A stretch of 64,000 nucleotides of DNA, taken from positions 118,234,001 through 118,298,000 of the forward strand of contig NC_082711.1 in the NCBI RefSeq assembly GCF_030144855.1. Direction: 5' to 3'. Made by a program: the position numbers and the translations under genes. Below, piece after piece: positions 1-12,110 of the stretch (position 1 is its first letter; each line of letters starts with the position of its first letter). The DNA comes from Hypanus sabinus. Taxonomy: Eukaryota. The notes under the pieces are model-generated. The model made no database searches, was not told where the DNA came from, and saw nothing but the letters and a program-made list of their open reading frames with translations.

Positions 1-220
1 TCCTTTCCAGGGAATGTGCTAAGATGGTAGCGCGATATTAATATGCAGCAGCCTCTCTGGACTCTGGATTGGGGATTGTCAAACGTTATGTGGATTTTCT
101 GGTGTAGTCTGTTTTGTCATATCATGCTTTTGTGATATCATTCTGGAAGTACGTTGTCTCATTTTTTAACTGCATTGCATTTTTGGTTTCTAAATGACAA
201 TAAACTGAATCTGAATCTGA
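1..220 (+). mobile_element. 3' end of a non-autonomous LINE-tail element with (ATCTGA)n tail
   Basis: Ends ...AATGACAATAAACTGAATCTGAATCTGA. Near-identical reverse-complement copies at 38669-39600 and 54268-54782. Confidence 0.8.
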
Positions 221-2005
221 AACTTTTAACCTTTCTTTTCAACCTAACAGGAACATAAAGATTCTGTACTCTCAAAATTTCACCTTTAAATGACTTCCAT
301 CTCTCTATTACATCCTTCCCATAAAACAAATTGACCCAATCCACTCCTTCTAAATCCTTTCGCATCTCCTCAAAGTTAGCCTTTCTCCAATCAAATATCT
401 CAATGCTGGGTCCATTCCTATCCTTCTCCTTCTTATATTGAAACTAACGGTATTGTGATCACTGGACCAGAAGTGCTCCACAACACATACCTCCATCACC
501 TGACCTATCTCATTCCCTAACAGGAGATCCAACACTGCCCCTTCTCTCGTTGGTACCTCTATGTATTGCTGCAAAAAACTATCCTGCATTCATCTTACAA
601 ACTCCAAACCAATCAGCCCTTTTACAGAATAGGCTTCCTAGTCTACATGGAGAAAAGTAAAATCTCCCACAATCACAACCCTGTGCTTACTACAAGTATT
701 CGCTATCCCCTTACAAATTTGCTCCTCCAATTCTTGCTCCCCATTAGGTGGTCTATAATACACCCCTATAAGTGTTACTACACCTTTCCCATTCCTCATT
801 TCTACCCAAATAGTCTCCCTAGATGAGCCCTCTAATCTATCCTGCCAGAGCACCGCTGTAATATTTCCTCTGACAAGCAATGCAACACCTCCCCCTCTTG
901 TCCCTCTGATTCTATCACACCTGAAACAATGAAATCCAGGAATATTTGGTTGCCAATCACACCCCTCCTGCAACCATGTTTCACTAATAGCTATAACATG
1001 ATATTTCCAGGTATCAATCCATGCTCTAAGCTCATCCACCTTTCTTACAATGCTCCTAGCATTAAAATAAATGTATTTAAGAAATTCTCCACCTCTTCCT
1101 CTCTGTTTATCTCTAACGGTGCAAACAATTTTACTATCTTCTGTTTCTTTCTTCTCCCATTCATCTGTTCCTACACTTTGGTTCCCCTCCCCCCTTGTAT
1201 CAAGTTTAAGTCCACTGGAGCCTCTCTAGCAAACCTACCTGCAAGAATATTTGTCCCACTCCAGTTCAGATGTAAACCATCCTGCCAGAACAGGTCCCAC
1301 CTTCCCTGGGAATCTGCCCAATTATCTATAAATCTGAAGCCCTCTCTCCTGCATCATGTCTTCAGCTACGTGTTGATCTGCGCTATCTTATTACTTCTAA
1401 ACCCATCTGCACGTGGCACTGGTAGCAATCCTGAGATTGCTATCCTGGAAGTCATGTCCTTTAATTTGGTGCCTAACTCCCTAAACTCACCTTTCAGGAC
1501 CTCCTCACTCTTCCTACCCATGTCATTAGTACCTACATGGACCATGACATCCGGCTGCTCACCCTCCCTCTTGAGAATACTGAGAACTCGATCCGAGATA
1601 TCGCAGACCCTGGCACCAGGGAGGCAACAGACCATCTGGGATTCTCGATCTCTTCCACAGAACCTCCTATCTGTCTCCCTAACTATCGAATCCCCTATCA
1701 CTACTGCTCTCCTCTTTTCCCTCCTTCCCTTCTGAGCTGATGGTCTAGTCTCGGTGCCAGAGACCAATCACTGCAATTTGTCCCTGGTAGGTCATCCTCA
1801 CCAACAGTATCCAAAACGGTATACTTATTATTGATGGGAACAGCCACAGGGATGCTCTGCTCATTCTGTCTAATCCCCTTCCCTTTCCTGACAGTCACCC
1901 AGCTACCTGTCTCCTGCCACTTCCCAACTGGAAGATCACAATCTGTGCAAATTAGTGATAATATCTCAACCTCACTGGCGATCAACACTGGTGCATCTCA
2001 GGGCA
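221..2005 (-). mobile_element. CR1 LINE 5' part: ORF1 (SGNH esterase) and ORF2 endonuclease, degenerate
   Basis: Minus ORFs VVIGDSIVR...VHVGTND (SGNH blocks), IAISETW...GGGVALLV...GVYYRPP...VGDF (APE endonuclease), FLQQYIEVPTREGAVLDL. Confidence 0.92.
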
Positions 2006-2009
2006 AGTC

Positions 2010-2317
2010 CTAGGTATGGAGGCCCTTTTCTCACTGTTACCATCAGGGAGGAGATAGAGAAGCCTGAAGGCACAAACTCAGCGATTCAGGAACAGTTTTT
2101 TCCCTTCTGCCATCAGATTCCTAAATGGACATTGAACCCTTGAACACGACCTCACTTTTTTTGTTTTTATTTCTGTTTCTGCACTCTTCAATGTGAATAT
2201 ACTTACTGTAATGGACATTTATTTTTCTTTCCATATTGGTCATGTATTGTAGTGTACTGCTGCCGCAAAGTTAACGAATATCACGATATATGCCGGTGAT
2301 ATTAAACCTAATTCTGA
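2010..2317 (+). mobile_element. Rex1/Babar LINE 3' fragment
   Basis: Encodes ...LLPSGRRYRSL..QRFRNSFFPSAIRFL-like C-terminus, followed by AT-rich 3' UTR ending GATATTAAACCTAATTCTGA. Confidence 0.8.
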
Positions 2318-2324
2318 CAATATA

Positions 2325-3110
2325 GAAGGGGAGGGGTGAGAAATTACTGGAAGTTAGAGAAATCAATGTTTGTGCGATTCTCTGACAGAATATCAGGAGT
2401 TGCTCTCCAACCTGAGAGAGCTCGCACCGTGACAGTCGAGGAGGCCGATGGTCGAACTGTCAGAATGGGAGTGGAATGTGGGTTTGAAAGGGTGGCCTCC
2501 AGGGAATCCTGCCTTTTGTGGCAGATAGAGCAAAGCTGCGACACAAAGCAGCCCCCAGTCTACATAGGGTCTCACTGATGTAGAGGAGGCCGCACGAGGG
2601 GCACTGGATAGAGCAGATGAGCCCATCAGACTCACAGGTGAGGTGTCACCTCACCTGAAAGGAATGTTTGGGGCCCTGAAGGGTGATGCCCTTGTTCTGC
2701 TTGCAGGGATAAGTGCCATGAAGCTGATCATTGGGGAAGGGTAAGTGGACCAGGTACCCTCAGAGAGATCCGTCCCTGTGGAAAACAGAGAGTGAAGGGA
2801 GGGAGAATGTGCCTTGTGGTAGGATCCTGTTGAGCATTGTGGAAGTTATGGAGAATGATCTGCTGTACATGGCGGCCCATGGAGTGATAAGGGAAGCTCT
2901 ATCCCTGATACGGTGGCAGGAAGATAGACTGAGGTGGATAACCGGGAAATGAAGAAGATGTGAGTGAGGGCAACATTGTCGGTGGAGGAAGGAGAACACT
3001 GTTCTTTGAAGAAAGAGGACTCTTCAGATGGTCCGGAACGGAAAGCCTCATCATAGGAACAGATGTGGCAGAGATGGAGGAACTGAGAAAGGGGAAGAGT
3101 CAGGATTCCT
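2325..3110 (-). mobile_element. Penelope-like element fragment (RT C-terminus / GIY-YIG end)
   Basis: Reverse complement of the Penelope at 10.9-11.8 kb: CSYDEAFRSG, PYVD...F..HL, ENRTNIDFSNF. Confidence 0.85.
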
Positions 3111-3289
3111 GGAAGAGTAGGTTCTCTGTAGCTGTGCATGTGTATGTGTTCTGCATCATAGTGACGCCATGCTTGGACGATCATGTGGTGTGGGTGAAGC
3201 TCACCCCACTATGCATGTGGGTAGGGTGCAGCTCACTGTCTCTTTGACATGTAACTGGTGGAGGACAGCTGATTTTCAATCATCTCATC

Positions 3290-3890
3290 TAACTGAGAAC
3301 TTATCTGGGTCCCACACTGACAAATTGATAGGAGGTAGCTTTTGAAAGTCACCAGCCACAAGGGTTTTAGTCATGACTGTTCCAAGTATTTTCCAATAAG
3401 GGCCGAGCACTGGTTGTAAACCAACTGGTGATTTCCATGCCATGGTCACCTTGCTCCCACCCCACGTCTCTCCCGCCAAGATCCAGAAGCAGATGGTGGA
3501 TTTTCTGTGTGGCAAGGATTTCTGATATAGTTCTGAGACTCCTGATTGAGGAGAGTGGTCAGTCACGGGTGTGCTTCTAAAACCAGGTGGCAGCTCTCTG
3601 AATCTGGACCCTGCAGATCCCTGTATGTTGAGCATCTTCCCAGAGTGTAGTCACTCCTGATGCATTTCTTCCCCCAGGAATAGGGCTGAAGGGCTCTTTT
3701 CTCAGCTCTGTGTTACATTATGACGCCAGGCCCTCAGGACAACAAGCGGCTCCCAGTGGCGAGCACCTGTTTCCCTGTTAAATCTGCCTGCCATTCACTG
3801 GAATCGGGGAATCCCTACCTCCAGGTACTGCGACTTGACAGGGAAGGAGTGAAATGCTTGAAGAGCGAAGCTGCACAGCACCAAGTCTTC
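3290..3890 (+). mobile_element. Degenerate Tx1-clade (L1-like) ORF2 fragment
   Basis: Manual + translation across stops and shifts gives KGRALVVNQLVISM...KIQKQMVDF...EESGQSRVC..QVAA...TLQ, matching the post-RT region of Tx1 elements. Confidence 0.7.
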
Positions 3891-3919
3891 TAGTGGATGA
3901 TTTTGGTTTCCATGTCACC

Positions 3920-4420
3920 TTGTGATAAGAGATTTCTACATATTTTTACAGATATACTGTGGAGACATTCTAACAGGTTGCATCACCATCTGGTATGAAG
4001 GACCATTGCAAAGGATTGGGAAAAGCTGCAGGATGGTTGCAATCTCAGCCAGCTCAGTCATGGGCACCAGACTCCTGAGTACTGGGGACACCTTCAAAAG
4101 GTGACAGTTAAACAAAGGAGATATCCGTCATTAAGGATCCTCATTACCCAGGACTGGCTCTAATCTCATCGCTGCCATCAATGAAGACATTTTAGGAACA
4201 CCTTCCTCCATCAGCTTTCTGAATGGACGGTGAACCAACTCATGAACACTGCCACACTATTTGTTTTGCTCGCTTTTTGCACTACTTGTTTAATTTTCTT
4301 AATGTATTTTATATTCTATATATAAATAATACACAAGTGTCTTACTGTGACTTGGTACTTGACTGCACTGCGACCACAAAACAACATATGCCCGTCCTAT
4401 TAAACCTGATTCTGATTCCA
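3920..4420 (+). mobile_element. Rex1/Babar LINE 3' fragment
   Basis: YRYTVETF/ILTGCITIWY...IIKDPHYPG-like sequence; tail TTAAACCTGATTCTGATTC. Confidence 0.8.
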
Positions 4421-5342
4421 ATCAGGGGTCTCATGACCATTGTCTGCTCCCAACTGGACAGACTCCCATTTTCCAGGAATTGCTTCTTGGCCTGAGAGTC
4501 CTCAGAGACAGTCTTATACAATTATGGGCTGCTTCTTGCAAATGCCTTGTATCCACATGGAGGCATTTCCTGTACACCCTAACTGTTCACCGTCATCTCC
4601 CCCATCTCTGGCCATTGTTCTGTGTCCTGGATATAGCTATATGGGACCTGGGGTGGGGTGTGTGCTGGTGGAAGCAGTGCTGTGCAGTAGAATTTTAATT
4701 TTATATTCACCTGTGGACTCACGGGTTCCTGTCTTTTTGTAGCCTGGATGAATATATGTTCCGTGTACAAGAAGGTGTGTCTCAATTCAGTATTTGATGT
4801 TTGCCTGGACTTAATCCCTGAACAAAGTGTGGCCAGATGTGAAGGGAGGGAGACCTCCTCATCATTCTGTTCATGAGCAAGGTGGCCATTCCTAGTGCAG
4901 ACAATATCCCATCGAAAGCTCCACCTGAACCCACAGCCTGCCCATCATCCGAGGATATATCCATTCATGGACGTTAAATTAGAAGAAGTAAGCATTGTCT
5001 GCTGGAGACTTTCAAGGAGCAGTGGGCTCCACAAAGCTGGGTCCATTCTAGGAATGGGACAAATGCTTTAATCAAGCTTTGCCTAAAATAAGTGGGGAAA
5101 ATATTGGGTACAGAATAAACCCCTCTCTCCAGTGATCTGTCAAACACTGCCAAGATACGTCAGATCTAGAGTAAAGCTCTTCTTTGCTGTCCCACCACAC
5201 ACTCTCAGCACAAGATTCAAAGTGAAGCTCTCTGTACACTGTCCCACCTAATGCTTCCAAGATACGGGCTAGATGCAGGGAAATCCCTCTGCAGGGAAAC
5301 AACACCCTCAGAATAACCTGGGTTCTTTACTCTGACACTCAC

Positions 5343-5627
5343 CAGATGTGTCCAGTTTGCAGATGTCCTTCAGCTGGATCTCTGCCTTTCCATTACTGAT
5401 GGGGTTCCTGGCCTCACATTTGTACACAGCGTCCTTGACCTCTGCAGTGTGATGAACCTCTAGCATATTTCCGAGTACCCAGATGTGCCGCGTGCTGTCA
5501 TTTACCAAAGTTTCTCCTTCCCACCACCACTTGAAGCTGGTGGGGTCACCTGAGGTCACGGTGCAGGTCAAGGTGAGGTTGCAGATCCCAGTGGTCTGAA
5601 CTGTGATGTTTGCTCCTGACACAAGCT
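5343..5627 (-). CDS. CD2/SLAM-family gene A, exon 3: IgC2 domain
   Basis: Acceptor ...TCTCTCTGTCCCAACCTCAG|AG and donor TCTG|GTGAGT; 285 nt, phase 1-1. Encodes ELVSGANITVQTTGICNLTLTCTVTSGDPTSFKWWWEGETLVNDSTRHIWVLGNMLEVHHTAEVKDAVYKCEARNPISNGKAEIQLKDICKLDTS, the four-Cys CxxxLxC...YxCxAxNPxS...C pattern of CD2/SLAM C2 domains. Confidence 0.93.
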
Positions 5628-6184
5628 CTGAGGTTGGGACAGAGAGATGCAAGATGAGTAAAGGAAATCTTTCTGGACACTTCAATCACCAACTTCCCCA
5701 TCCCATGCTGAACAGTCCCAAGTGAACATAAAGCTGATCCCTGTTCATATCCCCCCACCCATTTAACCCTTCACTCATCTTCCATTCAGCCAGTTGCTGC
5801 TAGAGGAAGTTCCCACATGTGCTGTGCCCTCCATCCCAAAAATTGCCCAGGCTCATCCACAAGCACTCAGCTATGTCTTGTTGATGGCTCTGTATGCTGG
5901 GAATTCTCTCAGTTCCATGTCTTTTGTTGCTCCTGAATCTGGACCAAGAGCAGTAACCATGGGACTGTGACTGGCACAGAGCTAGACTGGAACAGTGTGC
6001 AGTGTTCCAGAGTGAACCTGACACTGGAGATCCTGGGTCACACACCTCCTCCCCCATTCATCAGCTCACAGACCAGGGCCATGGGGACGTTGTTTCCCAT
6101 CTCACATTCTGAGAAGGGAAACGAGGCAGAGTGGGGAGTAGGATGCAGTGATGGGCAGTAATTTGGGATGACAAATTCAGCCTT

Positions 6185-6480
6185 CACTCAAGGGCAGCAC
6201 TCCAAGTACAGCTGCAGCTTTGCAGAGCTGGAGACCGAGGTTCAATCCTGATCTTGGCTGGTGTCCGTGTGGAATTTGTATGTTCTCTGTGGAACGGCTT
6301 TAGTTTCCCCCGGGAGCTTTGGTTTCCTTCACATGTCAAAGTCATTAGGGTAGGGAAGCTAATTAGACATTGGACATGCATTGCCACTGGTCTGTATGTC
6401 TAGAGCAGGTTGATGAGAATGTGGGAGCAATTAAAAATGGAATTAGTGCAGGATTAGTGTGAATGTGCGATGGTCAGCGT
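6185..6480 (+). mobile_element. tRNA-derived SINE (V-SINE/HE1-like)
   Basis: B-box GGGTTCAATCC, then GTGTGGAATTTGTATGTTCTC...GGTTTCC core shared with copies at 12870 and 16040. Confidence 0.7.
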
Positions 6481-6599
6481 GGATCAAGGGCTTAATGGCT
6501 TTTTGTGTTCTGATCATGGGCTAGAGGGCTTTTCCTGTTCCGTATATCTGATAGGTTTTTCCCGTTCTGTATATCTACAGGGCTTTTCCTGTTCCTTAT

Positions 6600-6720
6600 A
6601 TCAAAAAGACTTTCTCTGTTTATGCATGGGAGGGCAGGGAGCTGGGGGGACTTTGGGTTCTAACATTTAACAGTCTTTGGGGCATTTTTCTTTTCATGGA
6701 TGGTTGCGATGAAAAAGATT
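6600..6720 (+). mobile_element. LINE-tail element split by the CR1 insertion (continues at 12390-12450)
   Basis: 6645-6720 joined to 12390-12445 reconstitutes the 3' tail seen intact at 30815-30945 (...CTGACATTAAATGTACC). Confidence 0.65.
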
Positions 6721-8331
6721 TGGAGCAGGGATGTGAGTGAATGGCTGATTATTCGGAGCGAAGGGAGTTCTTTACTACTCGGGGTAAAAGAGAGGTGAGG
6801 CTGCGCAGGCACATGACATCAGCCAATAGTGCGCGAAAGGTTTAAAAAGAAGACCGCCGTAAGATGCAGCAGAGTGACAGGGCTTTGGCGGTAACGGGAC
6901 GAGGCGAGGTAGGTTTAACTGTGTTAATTGCGGAAAGGAAGTAGTACGTGTGTGAGGCCAGTTTTCTGTGCTCGGTGTCAGATGTGGGGTATCCTGGAGT
7001 CTCCTAACCTCCCGGACGGCCATATCTGCACCCCGTGTGTCAAGCTGCAACTTCCCTAACTCTGAGTTAGGGAACTGGAGAGGCAGCTCGATGAACTTCA
7101 ACTAGTCAGGAGAGCAATGAAGTGATAGAAAGGAGTTATAGGCAGATTGTCACACCAGGGCCATGGGAGATGGACAAGTAGGTCACAGTCAGGAGGAGGA
7201 AGGGGAAGAGTCAGGTATGAGAGAGTACTCCTGTGGATGTACCCCTTGACAATAAGTACTCCTGTTTGAGTACTGTTGGTGGGGACAGCCTACCTGGGGG
7301 AAGCCGCAGTGGCCAGGCCTCTGACACAGAGTCTGGCCCTGTGGCTGTGAAGGGTAGGGAAGGGAAGAGGAAGGCAGTAGTGATAGGGGGTTCCATAGTT
7401 AGGGGGTCAGACAGGCAATTCTGTGGTCGCAGGAAAGAAACTCAGATGGTAGCTTGCCTCCCAGGTGCCAGGGTCTGTGATGTTTCAGATTGCGTCCATG
7501 ATATCCTGCGGTGGAACGGAAAACAGCCAGAGGCCATGGTAAATATTGCTACCAATGACATAGGTAGGAAAAGGGAAGAGGTCTTGAAAAAAGACTACAG
7601 CAGTTAGGAAGGAAGTTCAGAAGCAGGACCACAAAGGTAGCAATCTCGGGATTACTGCCTGTCCCACTCGACAGTGAGAATAGGAACAGGATGAGGTGCA
7701 GGATAAATGTGTGGCTGGGGAATTGGAGCAGGGGGCAGGGATTCAGATTTCTGGATCATGGAACCTCTTTTGGTCAGGTGTGACCTGTACAAAAAGGGAC
7801 CGGTTGCATTTGAATCTCAGGAGGACCAATATCCTGGGGGTAAGGTTTGCTAAGGATACTGGGGAGAGTTTAAACCAGAATTGTTGGGGGCTGGGAACCG
7901 AACTGAAGAGACTGGGGAAGAGGAGGTTGATTCACAGATAGAGAAAGCTTGTAGATGGTGTGAGAGGGAGGATAGGCATGTGATAGAGAAGGGATGTGCT
8001 CAGACCGAAGGTTTGAGATGTGTCTATTTTCATGCAAGGAGTGTTGTGAAGTTCGTGGAGTTTTTGGTGTGTTCAGGAAGGTTTCTTGACACAGTATGTA
8101 GATAAGCCTACAAGAGGAGAGACTGTACTCAATTTGGTATTGTGAAATGAACCTGGTCAGGTGTCCGATCTCTCCGTGGGAGAGCATTTTGGAGATAGTA
8201 TTCATAATTCTGTCTCCTTTACAATAGCAATATAGAGAGGTAGAAACAGACAAGTTAGAAAATTGTTTAATTGGAGTAAAGGGAATTATGAGGCTATCAG
8301 GCAGGAAATTGGAGGCTTAAATTGGAAATAG

Positions 8332-9462
8332 ATGTTCTCAGGGAAAAGTACGGAAGAAATGTGGCAAATATTCAGGGGATATTTGTATGGAGATCTGTGT
8401 AGGTACATTCCAATGAGACAGGGAAGTTATGGTAGGGTACAGGAACTCTGGTGTACAAAGGCTGTAATAAATCTAGTCAAAAAGAAAAGAAAAGCTAACA
8501 AAAGGTTCAGAGAGCTAGGTAATGTTAGAAGTCTAGAAGATTATAAGGCTAATAGGAAGGAGCTTAAGAAGGAAATTAAGAGAGCCAGAAGGGGCCATGA
8601 GAAGGCCTTGGCGGGCAGGATTAAGGAAAACCCCAAGGCATTCTACAAGTATGTAAAGAGCAAGAGGATAAGACTTGAAAGGATAGGACCTATCAAGTGT
8701 GACAGTGGGAAAGTGTGTATGGAACCGGACAAAACAGCAGAGGTACTTAATGAACACTTTACTTCAGTATTCACTGTGGAAAAGGATCTTAGTGATTGTA
8801 GTGATGACTTACAGCAGACTGAAAAGCTTGAGCATGAAAATATTAAGAAAGGGGATGTGCTGGAGCTTTTGGAAAGCACCAAGTTGGATAAGTCACAGGG
8901 ACCGGATGAGATGTACCCCAGGCTACTGTGGGAAGCAAGGGAGGAGATTGCTCAGCCTCTGGTGATGATCTTTGCATCATCAATGTGGATGGGAGAGTTT
9001 CCAGAGGATTGGAAGGTTGCAAATATTGTTCCTTTATTCAAGAAATGGAGTAAAGATAGCCTAGGAAATTATAGACCAGTGAGTCTTATCTCAGTGGTTG
9101 GTAAGTTGATGGAGAAGATTGTGAGAGGCAGGATTTATGAACATTTGGAGAGATATAATATGATTAGTAGTCAGCATGGCTTTGTCAAGGGCAGGTCGTG
9201 CCTTACAAGCCTGATTGAATTTTTTGAGAACGTGACAAAAATCATTGATGAAAGAAGAGTAGTAGATGTAGTGTATATAGATTTCAGCAAGGCATTTGAT
9301 AAGGTACCCCATGCAAGGTTTATTGAGAAAGTAAAGAGGCATGGGATCCAAGGGGACATTGCTTTGTGGATCCAGAACTGTTTTGCCCACAGAAGGCAAA
9401 GAGTGGTTGTAGACGGGTCATATTCTGCATGGAGGGCAGTTACCAGTGGGGTGCCTCAGTGA
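8332..9462 (+). pseudogene. CR1 ORF2 fragment (376 aa open, EN-RT linker and RT domains 0-4)
   Basis: ORF track: NYRPVSLISVVGKLMEK, QHGFVKGRSCLT, DFSKAFDKVPH, VTSGVPQ, then stop. Confidence 0.9.
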
Positions 9463-10171
9463 TCTGTTCTGGGACCCTTACTCGTCGTGATTTTTGACCT
9501 GGATGAGGAAGTGGAGGGATAGTTTAGTAAGTTTGCTTTAGACACAAAGGTTGGAGGTGTTGTAAATAGTGTGGAGGGCTGTCAGAGTTTACAGCGGGCA
9601 TTGATAGGATGCAAAACTGGGCTGAGAAGTAGCAGATGGAGTACAACCCAGATAAGTGTGAAGTGGTAGGTCAAATATGATGGCAGAATATAGTATTAAT
9701 GGTAAGAATCTTGGCAGTGTGGAGGATCAGAGGGATTATGGGGTCCCAGTCCATAGCACGCTCAAAGCAGCTGAGCAGGTTGACTCTGTGGTTAAGAAGG
9801 TGTAGGTGTAGATGAAGGTATTGGCCTTCATCGATCTTGAAATTGAAATTAGGAGCCAAGAGGTAATGGTGCAGCTATATAGGACCCTGGTCAGACCCCA
9901 TTTGGAGTACTGTACTCAGTCCTGTTTGCCTCACTACAGGAAGAATGTGGAAGCCATATAAAGGGAGCAGAAGTAAATTTACAAGGATGATGCCTGTATT
10001 GGGGAGCATGCCTAATGAGAATATGTTGAGTGGACTCGGCATTTTCTGCTTGGAGGGACGGAGGATGAGAGGTGACCTGATAGAAGTGTATAAGATGATC
10101 AGAGGCATTGATTGTGTGGACAGTCAGAGGCTTTTTTCCCAGGGCTGAAATGGTTACCACAGGAGGAAACA

Positions 10172-12110
10172 TGAGGAAGTCTGCAGATGCTGGAAATTCA
10201 AACAACAACACACACAAAATGCTGGTGGAACACAGCAGGCTAGGCAGCATCTCATTTCTGCATACCTTGACACTGTCTTATCCCCCCTTGTTAAATCTCT
10301 TCCCACCTATGTTCGTGACACTTCTCATGCTTTGAATTTTTTCAATGATTTTAAGTTCCCTGGCCCCCACCGTCTTATTTTCACCATGGACGTCCAGTCC
10401 CTATATACCTCCATCCCCCACCAAGATAGTTTCGAAGCTCTTCGCTTCTTTTTGTTTCCAGACCTAACCAATTCCCCTCTACCACCACTCTCCTCCATCT
10501 AGCCGAATTAGTTCTTACTCTCAATAATTTCTCCTTTGCCTCCTCCCACTTCCTCCAAACCAAGGGTGCAGCCATGGGCACCCGTATGGGTCCCAGTTAT
10601 GCCTGCCTTTTTATTGGCTTTGTGGAACAGTCCATGTTTCAAGTCTATATCGGTATCCATCCCCCTCTTTTCCTTCGCTACATCAACAGCTCCATTGGCG
10701 CTGCCTCCTGCACGCATGCTGAGCTCGTCGACTTCATTAACTTTGCCTCCAACTTTCACCCTGCCCTCAAATTTACCTGGTCCATTTCCGACACTTCCCT
10801 CCCCTTTCTTGATCTTTCTGTCTCCATCTCTGGAGACGGCCTATCTACTGATATCTACTATAAGCCTACAGACTCTCACAGCTACCTGGACTATTCCTCT
10901 TCCCACCCTGTCTCTTGCAAAAATGCTATCCCCTTCTCACAATTCCTCTGTCTCTGCTGCATCTGCTCTCAGGATGAGGCTTTTCATTCCAGGACGAAGG
11001 AGATGTCTTCCTTTTTTTAAACAAAGGGGCTTCCCTTCGTCCACCACCAACTCTGCTCTCAAACGCAACTCTCCCATTTCCCGCACATCTGCCCTCACCC
11101 CATCCACCCACCACCCCACTCGGGAAAGGGTTCCCCTTGTTCTTACCTACCACCCCACCAGCCTCCAGGTCCAACGTATAATTCTCCGTAAGTGCCGCCA
11201 CCTCCAACGGGATCCCACTACCAAACACATTTTTCCCTCCCCCCCCTTCTGCTTCTCACAGGGATCACTCCCTACATGACTCCCTTGTCCACTCGTCCCC
11301 CCCATCCCTTCCCACCAATCTCCCTCCTGGCACTTATCCTTGTAAACAGAACAAGTGCTACACCTTCCCTTACACATCCTCCCTCACCACCATTCAGGGC
11401 CCCAGACAGTCCTTGCAGGTGAGGCGACACTTCACCGGTGAGTCAGCTGGTGTGGTATACTGCGTCCGGTGCTCCCGGTGTGGCCTTTTATATATTGGTG
11501 AGACCCGACGCAGACTGGGAGACCATTTCGCTGAACACCTACGCTTGGTCCGCCAGAAAAAGCAGGATCTCCCAGTGGCCACACATTTTAATTCCACATC
11601 CCATTCCCATTCTGATATGTCTATCCATGGCCTCCTCTACTGTCAAAATGAATCCAAACTCAGGTTGGAGGAACAACACCTTATATACCGGCTGGGTAGC
11701 CTCCAACCTGATGGCATGAACATTGATTTCTCTAACTTCCGTTAATGACCCTCCTCCCCTTCTTACCCTATCCCTGACATATTTAGTTGTTTGCCTGTTT
11801 TCCATCTCCCTCTGGAGCACCCCCCCACTTTCTTTCTCCTGAGGCCTCTCGTCCCATGATCCTTTCCCTTCTCCAGCTCTGTATCACCTTTGCCAATCAC
11901 CTTTCCAGCTCTTAGCTTCATCCCACCCCCTCCAGTCTTCTCCTATCATTTCGCATTTCCCCCTCCTCCCACTACTTTCAAATCTCTTACTATCTTTCCT
12001 TTCGGTTAGTCCTGATGAAGGGTCTCGGCCCGAAACATCGACAGTGCTTCTCCCTATAGATGCTGCCTGGCCTGCTGTGTTCCACCAGCATTTTGTGTTT
12101 GTTGTTGTTC
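10172..12110 (+). mobile_element. Penelope-like retroelement (5'-truncated RT + GIY-YIG) with inverted 5' end and 15-bp TSD
   Basis: AMGTRMGPSYACLF, LRYI, FLDL, YYKPTDSHSYL; VVYCVRCSRCGLLYIGETRRRLGDHFAEHL. 10172-10256 is the reverse complement of the 3' end. Flanks are CCACAGGAGGAAACA (10157-10171) and CCACAAGAGGAAACA (12111-12125). Confidence 0.93.
12008..12043 (+). ncRNA. Minimal type I hammerhead ribozyme motif in Penelope terminal repeat (CpG-decayed)
   Basis: AGTC-CTGATGA-A-GGGT(CTCG)GCCC-GAAAC-ATC-GACA. Core CUGAUGA/GAAA, stem II, and stem I AGTC/GAC; cleavage triplet GTC appears mutated to ATC. Confidence 0.75.

Noticed and set aside
929-1735. 268-aa plus-strand ORF as a gene
   Set aside because: Antisense shadow of the minus-strand CR1 ORF1/EN; no independent features.
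3285-3635. 116-aa minus ORF as a terminal exon of gene A
   Set aside because: The opposite strand encodes recognisable Tx1 ORF2 motifs; no TM segment or matching splice site.
5072-5290. Exon after CCCTGCAG at about 5290
   Set aside because: Intron would be only about 54 nt, and the sequence resembles a common simple repeat (GGTGGGACAGTGTA...); no anchor encoded.
6185-6260. tRNA gene
   Set aside because: Only a B-box inside a SINE head; no cloverleaf. The same applies at 12870 and to the PBS at 62494.
10536-11279. 247-aa Pro/Ser-rich ORF as a separate gene
   Set aside because: Alternative frame of the Penelope RT; joins the true frame through a frameshift.
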